This document shows positions 1 to 8,448 of a stretch of 37,516 nt of DNA, piece by piece (within the stretch, counting starts at the first letter, position 1; each line of letters starts with the position of its first letter). This DNA is from a virus (lineage: Duplodnaviria; Caudoviricetes). A program made the position numbers and the translations under genes. The stretch lies in IMG/VR virus record IMGVR_UViG_3300038393_000348, positions 1-37,516 of that record. One strand, written 5' to 3'. The notes below the pieces were generated by a model that saw only the letters and a program-made list of their open reading frames with translations, did not search any database and was not told the DNA's origin.

Positions 1-127
1 TGACCGGGCGACACCCAGCCGTCGCAGGTGCGGCAGTTGCGGTTGGGCTGGCCCAGCTCGCACAGTGCGTCATGGAGCATGGGTCGCCTCCCTGCAGGTT
101 GGGCATTGGCCGGCGATGAGTTCGAGG
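1..127 (+). repeat. Terminal direct repeat, copy 1 (assembly circularisation overlap)
   Basis: Identical to 37390-37516; 127 bp is a common maximum assembler k-mer; it falls inside coding sequence. Confidence 0.93.
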
Positions 128-219
128 TTGTGGGCGGTGTCGCGGTTGAGGTGTTCGAACCTGGCGGCGGCGCGTGCGACGTCGGTGTGGTGTTGGCAGA
201 GGGGCCGGTCGGGCATCAC
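70..219 (-). CDS. Small hypothetical protein (Cys/His)
   Basis: GTG start overlaps the stop of the upstream gene; MPDRPLCQHH...CPTC. Confidence 0.6.
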   Translation of the reverse strand: MMPDRPLCQHHTDVARAAARFEHLNRDTAHNLELIAGQCPTCREATHAP

Positions 220-548
220 GCGTCTCCTGCCGTGAGCCGGTTGGCGCGGCGCTTGTGGAACTCCCGGCGAACATCGTCGCCACCAGCCCAGCATCCGAGG
301 TCGAACCGCTCGGTGATCTGGGCGAGGAGGTCGAGTTCCGCCGCCGCTTGCAACGGCCCGGTCACGGCGGCCAGAACAGCGTCAGCGACACTGGACGCCA
401 CAGGGCATCCGGCGGTCGACCACGCGGCCTCGTGTATGCGGCATCGCTGCATCGGGCCCATTCCCCAGCCCGTGTAGTTGGTCCATGGCTCGCACCCCAT
501 CGCCTTCATCGCCGCCTCGGTAGCAGCCCGGCGCACGTCCTCGCTCAT
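216..548 (-). CDS. Hypothetical protein
   Basis: ATGA-coupled in the operon, RBS GAGGAGG. Confidence 0.7.
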   Translation of the reverse strand: MSEDVRRAATEAAMKAMGCEPWTNYTGWGMGPMQRCRIHEAAWSTAGCPVASSVADAVLAAVTGPLQAAAELDLLAQITERFDLGCWAGGDDVRREFHKRRANRLTAGDA

Positions 549-868
549 CGGGGGACCTCCTCATCGTCGAACCACTCATTCAGTGGCAGCGTCGCCGCTA
601 CAAGCAGCGCGTCACGCAGGTTGTGGGCGCGCACCGTGACGGGGCCGCTGGTGCTGGTCCAGTTGGCGTCCGAGTGTGGAGAGTCTGGCTCGCCGTAGAT
701 GCCGGACGAGTGCCCGCGAGACTCGATGGTGATGGTCCACTCGTGGCCGCAGTCGTGGCCCTTCTCTTCGCGTTCGGCCTTCTGCGCTCTGGCGATGAAC
801 TCGCGGCACGCTTTCTCGAAGGTGTCGCTCAGCGAGTTCCACCAGACCGCCGCCCGGATGCGGCTCAT
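545..868 (-). CDS. Hypothetical protein
   Basis: Start MSRIRAAVWW, coupled by ATGA to the upstream gene. Confidence 0.7.
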   Translation of the reverse strand: MSRIRAAVWWNSLSDTFEKACREFIARAQKAEREEKGHDCGHEWTITIESRGHSSGIYGEPDSPHSDANWTSTSGPVTVRAHNLRDALLVAATLPLNEWFDDEEVPR

Positions 869-1614
869 CGGGTGGCCTCCGTCCAGTGAGCTTTCGTCTG
901 CCACCACTCGAACTGTCCATCCTTGCCGTAGAGGACTCGCGGATTCAGCCCGAGCGCCTCGGCTACGTCGGCGTCACCAGCCGCGAGGGCGCCCTTGGTG
1001 TCGTCGGACCCGGACGGGGCGGACTCGCGCAGGCAGGGCAGTTCAGGGTCGAGCGCGAGACATGCGGCGCACTCGGCCGTGCCGGAGGCTTGGTCGCCCT
1101 CAGCGCCGAGACAGAAGTCATCCGGGCAGACGCACACCGCCTCGCCCGCCTCCTGCTCGGCCACCCCGGCAAGGACGGCTTCAAGGCGTTCGATCAGCGC
1201 CCGCTCGGACGTGTACGGCGCGGGGTTGCAGGTGCGCTTGTGCTCGTCCGCCAGTGCGCGCAGCCGGGACAACCGCTCCCGCGCCTCGGTGAGAGCGGAC
1301 TCCGCGGCCTCGGCGCGGTCCTCGCTCGCTTCTAGGTCGGCGCGGTACGTTTTGACCAAGCCCCACAGCCGCTCAGCCCGCGAGGTTCCTCTGGCATCGA
1401 CACCGGCATCTGACCTCAGCCGCTCCACCTCGGCTCGCAGGCCCTCGATGGTCGCGGCGTCAACGGCACGGTCCTGGGCCACGAGAGCGAGGACTCGGTC
1501 GACGTCCTCGCGGGCGTTCGGATGCGCCGCGTGATACGAGCGGATCCCCAGCGCTTCGGCGTACCGCTCCACGTCCGCGCGCGAGGGCTCAGGTCGAACG
1601 TCCGGGGCGGTCAT
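865..1614 (-). CDS. Coiled-coil protein with Cys clusters
   Basis: LRAEVERLR and RAEAAESALTEARERL heptads; CVC...C...CAAC. Confidence 0.7.
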   Translation of the reverse strand: MTAPDVRPEPSRADVERYAEALGIRSYHAAHPNAREDVDRVLALVAQDRAVDAATIEGLRAEVERLRSDAGVDARGTSRAERLWGLVKTYRADLEASEDRAEAAESALTEARERLSRLRALADEHKRTCNPAPYTSERALIERLEAVLAGVAEQEAGEAVCVCPDDFCLGAEGDQASGTAECAACLALDPELPCLRESAPSGSDDTKGALAAGDADVAEALGLNPRVLYGKDGQFEWWQTKAHWTEATR

Positions 1615-1961
1615 CGGACCTTCTCCCCGTTGCACTTGGCCGTGACGCCAGCAGGCACATGGAGCTTGACGCCGAAGTCAGGCTCACCGTCGTCCGGGTG
1701 ACCAGTGATGAGCGGCTCGACCGCCCATCCGCCGGGGTTATCGACGACCTGCACGCTCCAGCCGTCCTCATTCGCGGGGCCGCAGAACTGAGCGGTCAGG
1801 CGCATCTTCGTTCCGTCCGGCGCCTTGACGGTGATCTTGGCCGGGTGGTCGCTGTACCACGACGCCTCGCCGTGGATAGCGCCGTCGAACTCGATGAGGT
1901 CGTCGGATGCGCCGTAGATGCGCACCTCATGGCCCTGCTGCTGGTTCTGGTGGTCGGTCAT
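1611..1961 (-). CDS. Hypothetical phage protein
   Basis: IYGASDDLIEFDGAI motif typical of phage hypotheticals; coupled start and stop. Confidence 0.75.
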   Translation of the reverse strand: MTDHQNQQQGHEVRIYGASDDLIEFDGAIHGEASWYSDHPAKITVKAPDGTKMRLTAQFCGPANEDGWSVQVVDNPGGWAVEPLITGHPDDGEPDFGVKLHVPAGVTAKCNGEKVR

Positions 1962-2335
1962 CGCGCACCTTCAATCGCTCGGATGGTCGGGCAGGGCCAG
2001 ACCTGCCAGTTGCCGTTGTCGGTTCCGCATCCGGCGCATACCTGGCTCCGGCGGGCGGGGTTGCGGCCGTAGTCGACGGCGTCCACGGGGCTGTGGATCT
2101 CTCGGACCTTGCGCAGGCGGGTGCGGTCATCCCGACCAGCCTCGTGCGCGGCGTCGTAGCCCTGCCACCATGCGAACACGGCGGGCGTGCCGTCGTCCTC
2201 GGTGAGCACCTTGTGAGCGTGCGGCTGCTCGACGCCTCCGACGACGTGCATAGTCTCGCCGCAGTCGTGGCAGGGGTGGACGAACGTGTCGGTGACGCCG
2301 GGGTGTCCGGTCAGGTCGGCGCGGGGTGTGGTCAT
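1958..2335 (-). CDS. Hypothetical Zn-binding protein
   Basis: CHDC, VREIHSP...CAGC...WPCPTIRAI motif typical of actinophage early genes. Confidence 0.75.
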   Translation of the reverse strand: MTTPRADLTGHPGVTDTFVHPCHDCGETMHVVGGVEQPHAHKVLTEDDGTPAVFAWWQGYDAAHEAGRDDRTRLRKVREIHSPVDAVDYGRNPARRSQVCAGCGTDNGNWQVWPCPTIRAIEGAR

Positions 2336-2466
2336 GGCTTGGGTCCTCTCCTGGTGGTCACTGCTGGCTTGTCGAAGGGCGGGCGGTGCCTCTTGTTCGA
2401 TGCGATGGTGCGGCGCTTGTGGTTCGCGTAGATGCGGGCTTGGAGGGCGGCGAGAAGGCGGGTCAT
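2332..2466 (-). CDS. Small basic hypothetical protein
   Basis: ATGA-coupled on both sides; 44 aa. Confidence 0.55.
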   Translation of the reverse strand: MTRLLAALQARIYANHKRRTIASNKRHRPPFDKPAVTTRRGPKP

Positions 2467-2807
2467 CGGATCGCCTTCAGCTCGGCCGCGACGGTGTCGT
2501 TCAGCCAGTCGACCGGCCGCCAAACGGCGGCGTTGTGACCGGAGCGCGACAGGCGCGACAGCCACCGCTGCTGCTCGACCCGCACCCGGCCGCCCTGCGT
2601 CTTGAGCTCGCGCCACATGACGCCGCGAGAGCCGACGATGGTCAGGTCCGGGTAGCCGGCGCACGAGTCGCGGCGCGAGTCCCCGGAGTGGAACACCAGC
2701 AGCCCGAGCAACGTGGACAGGTCGAGCACCGACCGCTGCAGCTCGGCCTCAGTCATGGATCGGGCGACAGCGAGCATCGCCTTGGAGTCGCGGACGACGG
2801 CGGTCAT
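2463..2807 (-). CDS. VRR-NUC domain nuclease (probable Holliday junction resolvase)
   Basis: MTEAELQ...GYPDL...RELKT..GR...EQ..W PD-(D/E)xK signature. Confidence 0.88.
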   Translation of the reverse strand: MTAVVRDSKAMLAVARSMTEAELQRSVLDLSTLLGLLVFHSGDSRRDSCAGYPDLTIVGSRGVMWRELKTQGGRVRVEQQRWLSRLSRSGHNAAVWRPVDWLNDTVAAELKAIR

Positions 2808-3136
2808 GCGGCAGCCCTCGCAGCCCGGCGCCCGTGGTATCCGCACTCCTCGCTGCACCACTGGCGCCGCGCCCCGGTACGCCTCTGGGTGATGGGCTTG
2901 TCGCAGTGGCCGCACGTGCTGGGCGCGGCGTCCGGCTCGGCAGCCTTGGTCGTGCGGGTCCAGTCGACGCCGGCTGCGACGCCGAACACGGGCAGCTTGC
3001 GACGTCGCATGTCCGAGACCTCGATGCCGCACTCGGTCAGCCGCCAGCAGGTGAGGCACTCGGCCTTGGCCGCGAGGCGTTCGGCCCGGTCGTCGCTGAC
3101 CCACAGGTCGGGTCGCTCCTGGCATGGGGTCTTCAT
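2804..3136 (-). CDS. WhiB-like Fe-S regulator fused to a C-terminal zinc finger
   Basis: C-x21-CxxC-x5-C followed by GVAAG; C-terminal CGHC...WCSEEC. Confidence 0.75.
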   Translation of the reverse strand: MKTPCQERPDLWVSDDRAERLAAKAECLTCWRLTECGIEVSDMRRRKLPVFGVAAGVDWTRTTKAAEPDAAPSTCGHCDKPITQRRTGARRQWCSEECGYHGRRAARAAA

Positions 3137-3300
3137 GCGACACGCTCCATCGTGGATGGGTTGATGTGGCGGCAGGCGGGGCGACGGTCAAGGTGGACCA
3201 GCTCCCACAGTTCGCGCTCGAACAGGACCATCCACGCGCCGCAGGTGCAGCGGGCGATGTGGTCATGGGTCCACTGCTGCTGGGTGGTGAGGCCGCTCAT
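3133..3300 (-). CDS. Small hypothetical protein (55 aa, not in ORF track)
   Basis: MSGLTTQQQWTHDHIARCTCGAWMVL...; ATGA overlaps at both ends. Confidence 0.65.
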   Translation of the reverse strand: MSGLTTQQQWTHDHIARCTCGAWMVLFERELWELVHLDRRPACRHINPSTMERVA

Positions 3301-3758
3301 CGGTTCGCCTCCCGGTCTGCTCTGGCCCTGGCTCGGGCGAGTTCTTCGGTGGGTGTGGGCTGGTGGCGCTGGTCGACCGTGGTCGGCGCCTGTCGCCCCT
3401 TGAGCGCTGCCTTCATGGCGACGTACTCGGGGTCATCGATCGGTGGTGGTGTCCGCTTGGCCGCGCAGAGCGGGCACGGGTGGAAGTTGATCGGGTGCTC
3501 GTGGCAGCGCACGTTGTGCGACATGACGGGCTCGCTCGTGGCGTTCTTCGGCCAGTGGTTGCGGAACCCGGCCTCGGATGGCTTTTCGAGCTTCGCGTCC
3601 TCGGCTGCGAGGGCTGCGGCTGCGAGGGCGGCGCCGGGCGACCCGCCCACGGCCTTGAGCGCTGCGGCGACTCCTGCGGTGTCCCACGGGACTGCCCCAG
3701 GGGTGGTGGAGCGGATTCCGGCGACGACGCGTGCCGCCAACCCGAGGTCAAGGCTCAT
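3297..3758 (-). CDS. Probable C-terminal module of a split replication initiator
   Basis: Directly follows the initiator N-domain and linker ORFs; WDTAGVAAAL...P...W and CHEH...CPLC resemble C-terminal parts of actinophage initiators. Confidence 0.55.
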   Translation of the reverse strand: MSLDLGLAARVVAGIRSTTPGAVPWDTAGVAAALKAVGGSPGAALAAAALAAEDAKLEKPSEAGFRNHWPKNATSEPVMSHNVRCHEHPINFHPCPLCAAKRTPPPIDDPEYVAMKAALKGRQAPTTVDQRHQPTPTEELARARARADREANR

Positions 3759-3937
3759 CGCTGAACCCCCATCCATCCGATGCGCTGCTCGCGCGTTACG
3801 GAACCGGACGAATGGATGGGAGTCTCACCACGTCCTCCACTCCAATCCATTCCCTTCCAATCCATTCCATTCCCGATACACATGAGAGCGGAACGATTCC
3901 GCAGGTGTGCGTGGAATGACTCCACATACGTGTTCAT
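3755..3937 (-). CDS. Initiator linker-like ORF (60 aa) carrying the putative origin
   Basis: GNGMDWKGMDWSG linker motif; ATGA-coupled; RBS GAGG. Confidence 0.55.
   Translation of the reverse strand: MNTYVESFHAHLRNRSALMCIGNGMDWKGMDWSGGRGETPIHSSGSVTREQRIGWMGVQR
3768..3925. other. Putative replication origin (iterons and pentamer tract)
   Basis: Related 15-bp palindromes GCGGAACGATTCCGC (3888-3902) and GTGGAATGACTCCAC (3911-3925); TCCAA/TCCAT/TCCCT tract at 3836-3874; inverted repeat 3768-3779/3809-3820. Confidence 0.55.
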
Positions 3938-4308
3938 GCGCTCACCTCGAAAAGTGCGTCCGGCGGCGGGGCCGGTAGCGGGCTTGGTTGCGGGTGGCTG
4001 ATCCGCTGGTGCTTGCGGTACTTCGGGAAGTAGCCGTAGCGAAATCCGTTGTGGGAGTAGAGGACCACGAGGGGTGTCGACTCACCCGGCTTGGGGGTGC
4101 AGACCTCTCGCATCCACTTGTCGTAGTGCCGCTTGGTCAGGTCGTCATCGAGCGGGAACACGTACCCGAACACCGACGCCTGGGACGCGACGAACCTCCC
4201 GTCGTCGTCGGCGAGGCTGATCAAACCGAGGGCGAAAAGGCGCGCATCGCGGCTCATATGGGCGACGGAGGCCCAAAAACTTGGCTTAACCGAGCGGATT
4301 CGAGCCAC
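3934..4308 (-). CDS. Phage replication initiator, N-terminal DNA-binding domain
   Basis: MARIRSVKPSFW...ARL...GLIS.ADDDGR...KHQRI.HP.PS.LP signature. Confidence 0.85.
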   Translation of the reverse strand: MARIRSVKPSFWASVAHMSRDARLFALGLISLADDDGRFVASQASVFGYVFPLDDDLTKRHYDKWMREVCTPKPGESTPLVVLYSHNGFRYGYFPKYRKHQRISHPQPSPLPAPPPDALFEVSA

Positions 4309-4423
4309 GGAAGCCCTCCTTTCGATGGCAGGGGCACGGGCACGGCGGGTAGGCGCACCGCTCGTGCTGGCGGGTCAGGCACTGCCCGGATCGGGAGTCG
4401 CCGCGAGGCTGGTCGGTGGTCAT
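4286..4423 (-). CDS. Small Cys-rich protein
   Basis: C...H..C....CPCPCH; ATGA-coupled to the methyltransferase stop. Confidence 0.6.
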   Translation of the reverse strand: MTTDQPRGDSRSGQCLTRQHERCAYPPCPCPCHRKEGFRGSNPLG

Positions 4424-5592
4424 GCGGACGCCTCCCCGTCGTACATGAGGGGCGTCTGTGCGAGCCGAGTCCGCAGCGACAGGTCGAGGTAGTCCCGGTT
4501 CAGGTCGATGCCGACATAGCGGTGGCCGAGGCGTCCAGCTACCAGGCCCGTCGTCCCTGAGCCGTTGAATGGGTCGAGCACCACGCCGCTGGGCTTGCAG
4601 CCAGCTAGGATGCACAACTCAGGAAGTGCGCTCGGGAAGGTGGCGAAGTGCGCCTCTGCGAATGGCTCGGGAGGGAATGTCCAAACGTCGCGCCGGTTGC
4701 GCGTAGCACCGGTCAGGAACTCCCGGTAATAGCCGCCCAGCGCGACCTTCGCTTCGTCTGCAAGGGCTTGGGCTCGCTCGGCATTCCGACCGGCACCGGA
4801 CTGAGTAATGATGGCCTTCCCAGCGTCGTTCATACCGACCGCCCTAATCGCCGCAAAGTGCTCCTCAGTGAGGCCCTTCTCGCGGGCTAGTTCGAGCGCA
4901 CGCCGCAACTGTGGGCGCCCCTCCCATCGGACATCCGTGTCGCGATGACCAACCAGTTCCGGCCTCGCGTATGAGTTGCCGCTCGACAGGCCCGTAGCCT
5001 GCTCTGCGATGGCCTCAGCGTTGTAGTAGTAGCGCCGTGATTTCGTCAGCATGAACACGTGCTCATGTGAGCACGTGGGCCTGTCCGTGACGGCTTCAGG
5101 CATCGGGTTGGTCTTGGCCCAAATGACGCGCGACCGCACAGTCCAGCCGTCGTCCGCGAGCGCAATTGCGGTCCGTTCTGGCACGAGCAGCAGCGACTTC
5201 GGCCTGCCCCACTTCTGGCCGGGACGGTCCACTGATCTGGCCCACCCTCGCCGGGCAGGTTGCTTGCCGTCTGCGGCATTCGGTCCAGGGTTGCCCCGGC
5301 CGGAGTAGTACGAGTCTCCCAGGTTGAGCCACGCAGTCCCATCCGTCGCTAGCACGCGCCGAATCTCGGAGAACAGGGCGCGAAGAGACTCCACATACTC
5401 AGCCGGCGACTCTTCGGTTCCGATCTCATGGGCTTTGTCGGGATGATCTTTCGACAGGTAGGACCGCAGCCCGAAGTAGGGCGGGCTGGTCACGCAGCAG
5501 TCGACGGACTGGTCCGCCATCTCGCGCAGGATTGCGAGCGCATCCCCGTGGTACAGCGTCACCGAGTCGTCTTGGTAGTAGGGCTCGCTCAC
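4420..5592 (-). CDS. DNA methyltransferase, N4-C/N6-A, beta class
   Basis: TSPPYF catalytic motif precedes the HFATFP...VLDPFNGSGTTG SAM-binding motif; GTG start at 5592. Confidence 0.93.
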   Translation of the reverse strand: MSEPYYQDDSVTLYHGDALAILREMADQSVDCCVTSPPYFGLRSYLSKDHPDKAHEIGTEESPAEYVESLRALFSEIRRVLATDGTAWLNLGDSYYSGRGNPGPNAADGKQPARRGWARSVDRPGQKWGRPKSLLLVPERTAIALADDGWTVRSRVIWAKTNPMPEAVTDRPTCSHEHVFMLTKSRRYYYNAEAIAEQATGLSSGNSYARPELVGHRDTDVRWEGRPQLRRALELAREKGLTEEHFAAIRAVGMNDAGKAIITQSGAGRNAERAQALADEAKVALGGYYREFLTGATRNRRDVWTFPPEPFAEAHFATFPSALPELCILAGCKPSGVVLDPFNGSGTTGLVAGRLGHRYVGIDLNRDYLDLSLRTRLAQTPLMYDGEASA

Positions 5593-5843
5593 ACCGCCAC
5601 CCCCACGGCCTTGCGCGTCCTGCGGTAGACCTGCACGCGCCCGTTCTTCCGGCTCGGGCAGGTCGACGCCTTGGTGACGTGGCGGGTGGTGAGGTAGCCG
5701 TTGCGGACGCCCCAGCGGAACAGCTCGCCCCGCTCGAACGTGGTCAACTGGCTGGCCTCCACGACGGGGCGCAGGTCGTCGATGGTGATGTGGGCGCCGG
5801 GCTCGACGGTGGCGAGGATGCGGCGGTATGCGGGCTCGCTCAT
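5589..5843 (-). CDS. Hypothetical protein, possibly winged-helix
   Basis: Coupled starts and stops; TIDDLR...GELF......G.L pattern. Confidence 0.65.
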   Translation of the reverse strand: MSEPAYRRILATVEPGAHITIDDLRPVVEASQLTTFERGELFRWGVRNGYLTTRHVTKASTCPSRKNGRVQVYRRTRKAVGVAV

Positions 5844-6628
5844 GACGCGGCCTGCCTCTCGTTAGGTTCGGATCGGACCCAGCCATCGGGCGTCGGCTGC
5901 CACCAATCGGCCCTGCCGTGGTGCGCGCGCCAGGCCGGCCACTCGGCAGGGTTCGCCCACGACGGGACGATCCAGCCGGCGAGTGCCGCGTTGCGCGGGT
6001 TGCGGTGCGCCCACTCATGGCAGCGCGGGCAGATGATGACCAAGTTGAACTCGTCGTCGGCTCCCCCCTGGCTCCGCAGCTTCCGGTGATGAACATGCAT
6101 GTAGCGGGAGTGGAATCCGCCGCCACAGCGTGCGCAGCAACCTCCCTCGCGCTCGTAGAGGGCGGCGCGCATGTTCGGGGGCAGGTTCCTACGGCCTGTC
6201 TTGTTCCGTCGCTTGCGGTTGAGAATGCTGGCGCATTTACGGCACCTGCGGGAGCCGCGCTTTGTCAGGTATGCGTCGGAGTAGTCGTGTCCGCGCTGGC
6301 AGACTTGCGTCCCTACCGTCAGTGCCGCTGGGGCTACTCCCCGAAGCATGTTGGTCCGCTGCGTCACCGCCTCCAAGTGGTCGGGGTTCACGCAAGCGCG
6401 GTTGCGGCAGAGGTGATCCAGCACCAGCCCGGCAGGTATGGGCCCGACCTTCTCCATGTACGCGAAACGGTGCGCGCCCATGTAGGTGCCGTTGCCAGCG
6501 TTGAACGTCCCGTACCCCGTGTCAGAGAGGGCACCAGTCCAATGCCAGCACCCGCCTTCGTCCTTGCGAACCTTGGCCCAAAAGCGCTCGGATGGCGTGC
6601 GCTGACGGATTCGTCCGCCCCGCTTCAC
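5840..6628 (-). CDS. HNH endonuclease with two HNH domains
   Basis: [34 protein letters not shown], then CARC..HVHHRK.RSQGG....NL..ICPRCH. Confidence 0.88.
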   Translation of the reverse strand: MKRGGRIRQRTPSERFWAKVRKDEGGCWHWTGALSDTGYGTFNAGNGTYMGAHRFAYMEKVGPIPAGLVLDHLCRNRACVNPDHLEAVTQRTNMLRGVAPAALTVGTQVCQRGHDYSDAYLTKRGSRRCRKCASILNRKRRNKTGRRNLPPNMRAALYEREGGCCARCGGGFHSRYMHVHHRKLRSQGGADDEFNLVIICPRCHEWAHRNPRNAALAGWIVPSWANPAEWPAWRAHHGRADWWQPTPDGWVRSEPNERQAAS

Positions 6629-7125
6629 GACTCGGCCCTCACGATCTGCACAGTCGGCGTCCCCGGCGTTTCATCGCAGTAGTCCGCCACGTCGATGCCG
6701 TAGGCCGCGAGCCCGCGAACCTTCCACGACCCAACCGAGGCCACCTTGCGGAACTCCTCCACCACGTCGAACGGGTCCGGCGTCTCACCACCGCGGCCTT
6801 CGAGGAACGTGTTCAGCCAGTCGCGGGTGAGCAGGTCGTGCTCCCACGCCCGGCGGGTGCGGGAGCGGCGAACCTCCACCGTCCCTAGGCCGGGGAACTC
6901 CTGCGGGTCGCGCCACCCTTCGGCCTTGAAGCACTCGGCTACCCACCGCTCAAGGGCGGCCTCCAGCTGCCGCTGCTTGGCGATGAGTTCCTTGAGGACG
7001 GACAGGTGCTCCACTGCCTCGGCGACGGTGAGGTTGTCGAAGTCGTCGGAGACGTGGTCCAGCACGGACACGCCGATGGACAGGTCGAGGATGGCCGGGC
7101 GCACCCGGTCGTTGGCGGCGGTCAC
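6625..7125 (-). CDS. Hypothetical protein (recombination module)
   Basis: Coiled-coil N-half; adjacent to the annealase. Confidence 0.7.
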   Translation of the reverse strand: MTAANDRVRPAILDLSIGVSVLDHVSDDFDNLTVAEAVEHLSVLKELIAKQRQLEAALERWVAECFKAEGWRDPQEFPGLGTVEVRRSRTRRAWEHDLLTRDWLNTFLEGRGGETPDPFDVVEEFRKVASVGSWKVRGLAAYGIDVADYCDETPGTPTVQIVRAES

Positions 7126-7766
7126 GACTGCTCACCCGACGTCTGCTCACGCAGGTACTTGGCGAAGCGGTCGAAGTCGTCTGTCTGCGCATCGGCCAAC
7201 GGCTGGGCACACCACTGCTCGTACTCGGCCTGCATGGCGGCCGAGTCGTTGCCGCCTGAGTGGTCGCACCAGGCGCGCCACGCCGCGACCTTCGCCTCGC
7301 GGAACCGGCGCTCTTCAGGAGTCGGCTCGGTGCCCTTCTCGACCTCGGCAGCGTGCAGGTCTTCCTTGGACCACAGGTCGAGCGCGACCCCGAACCTCAT
7401 TGCTGCGTTGCGGATCGCGTCGCCGATGCACTCCTTCATGGACGCCCCATCGCCGACGCCCGGTCGGGTCACGCCGCCGATGGTCAGGAGGATCCACAGG
7501 TTCCCGCTGCGGTCCAGCGCGGGAAGTCCCTCGGGCGTGCGGCCCATCGGCTCCCACGTCCACTCGGGGTCGACGTCGAGCAGGCGGGCTGTAGCGACGG
7601 CGTGGCCGACGAAGTCCAGGTGTGCCGCCGGCTGCCCGTGGTAGCCACCGCAGACGTTGCAATTCGCCTTGGGCGAGTCCTTCCGGTACGGCTTCGGAAG
7701 CTGCCCGATCTGCTCGGGCTGGAACGGCTTTCGCAGCGCGGCGAGCGCTTCGAGGTCAGCCATCAC
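7122..7766 (-). CDS. Rad52/Sak-like single-strand annealing protein
   Basis: LRKPF....I...P...LDFVGHA....RLLDVDP.W...LTIGGVTR.GVG...DAIRNAAMRFGVALDLW. Confidence 0.82.
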   Translation of the reverse strand: MMADLEALAALRKPFQPEQIGQLPKPYRKDSPKANCNVCGGYHGQPAAHLDFVGHAVATARLLDVDPEWTWEPMGRTPEGLPALDRSGNLWILLTIGGVTRPGVGDGASMKECIGDAIRNAAMRFGVALDLWSKEDLHAAEVEKGTEPTPEERRFREAKVAAWRAWCDHSGGNDSAAMQAEYEQWCAQPLADAQTDDFDRFAKYLREQTSGEQS

Positions 7767-7969
7767 AAGTCTCCTTTCGCGTCAGCCCCGAGCTGTTCGG
7801 TTCGGGGGCGCATCTGCATGAACAGGTCGTGGAGGAACCACAGGTCGTCCTCGGTGAGCCAGGTGCCGACCACGACGCGGTCGGTCATGTCGGTGATCTC
7901 GAGCGGCTGGGCGGCGTGGAGGAAGACACGCTGCGTCGCCGCGTCGAGCGTGTACGCGAGCGCGCTCAT
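7763..7969 (-). CDS. Hypothetical protein
   Basis: MSALAYTLDAATQRVFL...; coupled. Confidence 0.6.
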   Translation of the reverse strand: MSALAYTLDAATQRVFLHAAQPLEITDMTDRVVVGTWLTEDDLWFLHDLFMQMRPRTEQLGADAKGDL

Positions 7970-8136
7970 CCCTGCCCCCTCAGTTCGCGCACCCGCTCGG
8001 CGATCGCCCGCAGGCAGGTGACGTGCCAGTCGACGTGCTTGGCCTTGGGCTGCCAGCCGGCGCCGTTCACGGTGGCCCCGCAGGCGTCGCAGCGGGTGGC
8101 GTCGGTGACGGTGAAGGTGGGGTAGAGGAGGATCAT
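7966..8136 (-). CDS. Small Zn-finger-like protein (56 aa, not in ORF track)
   Basis: MILLYPTFTVTDATRCDACGATV...HVDWH; RBS AAGGGG. Confidence 0.65.
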   Translation of the reverse strand: MILLYPTFTVTDATRCDACGATVNGAGWQPKAKHVDWHVTCLRAIAERVRELRGQG

Positions 8137-8148
8137 TGGCGATTCCCC

Positions 8149-8187
8149 TTGACGTGTAGATACAGGTTGGTGCAGACTGTAGATACA
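8149..8187 (+). promoter_or_regulatory. SigA-type promoter with a duplicated operator
   Basis: TTGACG-18nt-CAGACT; TGTAGATACA occurs twice (8155-8164 and 8178-8187). Confidence 0.75.
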
Positions 8188-8207
8188 GCCCGACGAGAGG
8201 AACCACC

Positions 8208-8447
8208 GTGATCCAGCAGCACACCTTCCGCGTCACCTGCGACTGCGACATCTGCAAGGTCAACGCCGAGCGCGTCGGCCAGCCCTTCCCGCTCGCCGCA
8301 CTCATCCGCCCGCTGGCAGCGAAGAACCTCGGCGTGACCGAGCGGAACGCGAACAAGGCCAGCAAGGTTCACGGCTTCGTGTACGCCGCGCACGACCCGT
8401 CGACCAAGGGCCTTCCGGTCGAGCGCCGCTTCTCCATCCCCGCCTGA
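8208..8447 (+). CDS. Moron cargo protein (79 aa, CDCDIC motif)
   Basis: RBS GAGAGGAA plus GTG start; high-GC3 codons; downstream of a clear promoter. Confidence 0.75.
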   Translation: MIQQHTFRVTCDCDICKVNAERVGQPFPLAALIRPLAAKNLGVTERNANKASKVHGFVYAAHDPSTKGLPVERRFSIPA

Positions 8448-8448
8448 C

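Noticed and set aside
1-127. Biological direct terminal repeat
   Set aside because: The length equals a common assembler k-mer, it lies mid-gene, and the HNH-terS-terL layout suggests cos ends elsewhere
5593-6126. 568-aa methyltransferase with a long N-terminal extension (similar over-extensions for terL, terS and 35937-37220)
   Set aside because: The extensions overlap better-supported upstream genes; true starts are at the coupled GTG/ATG codons
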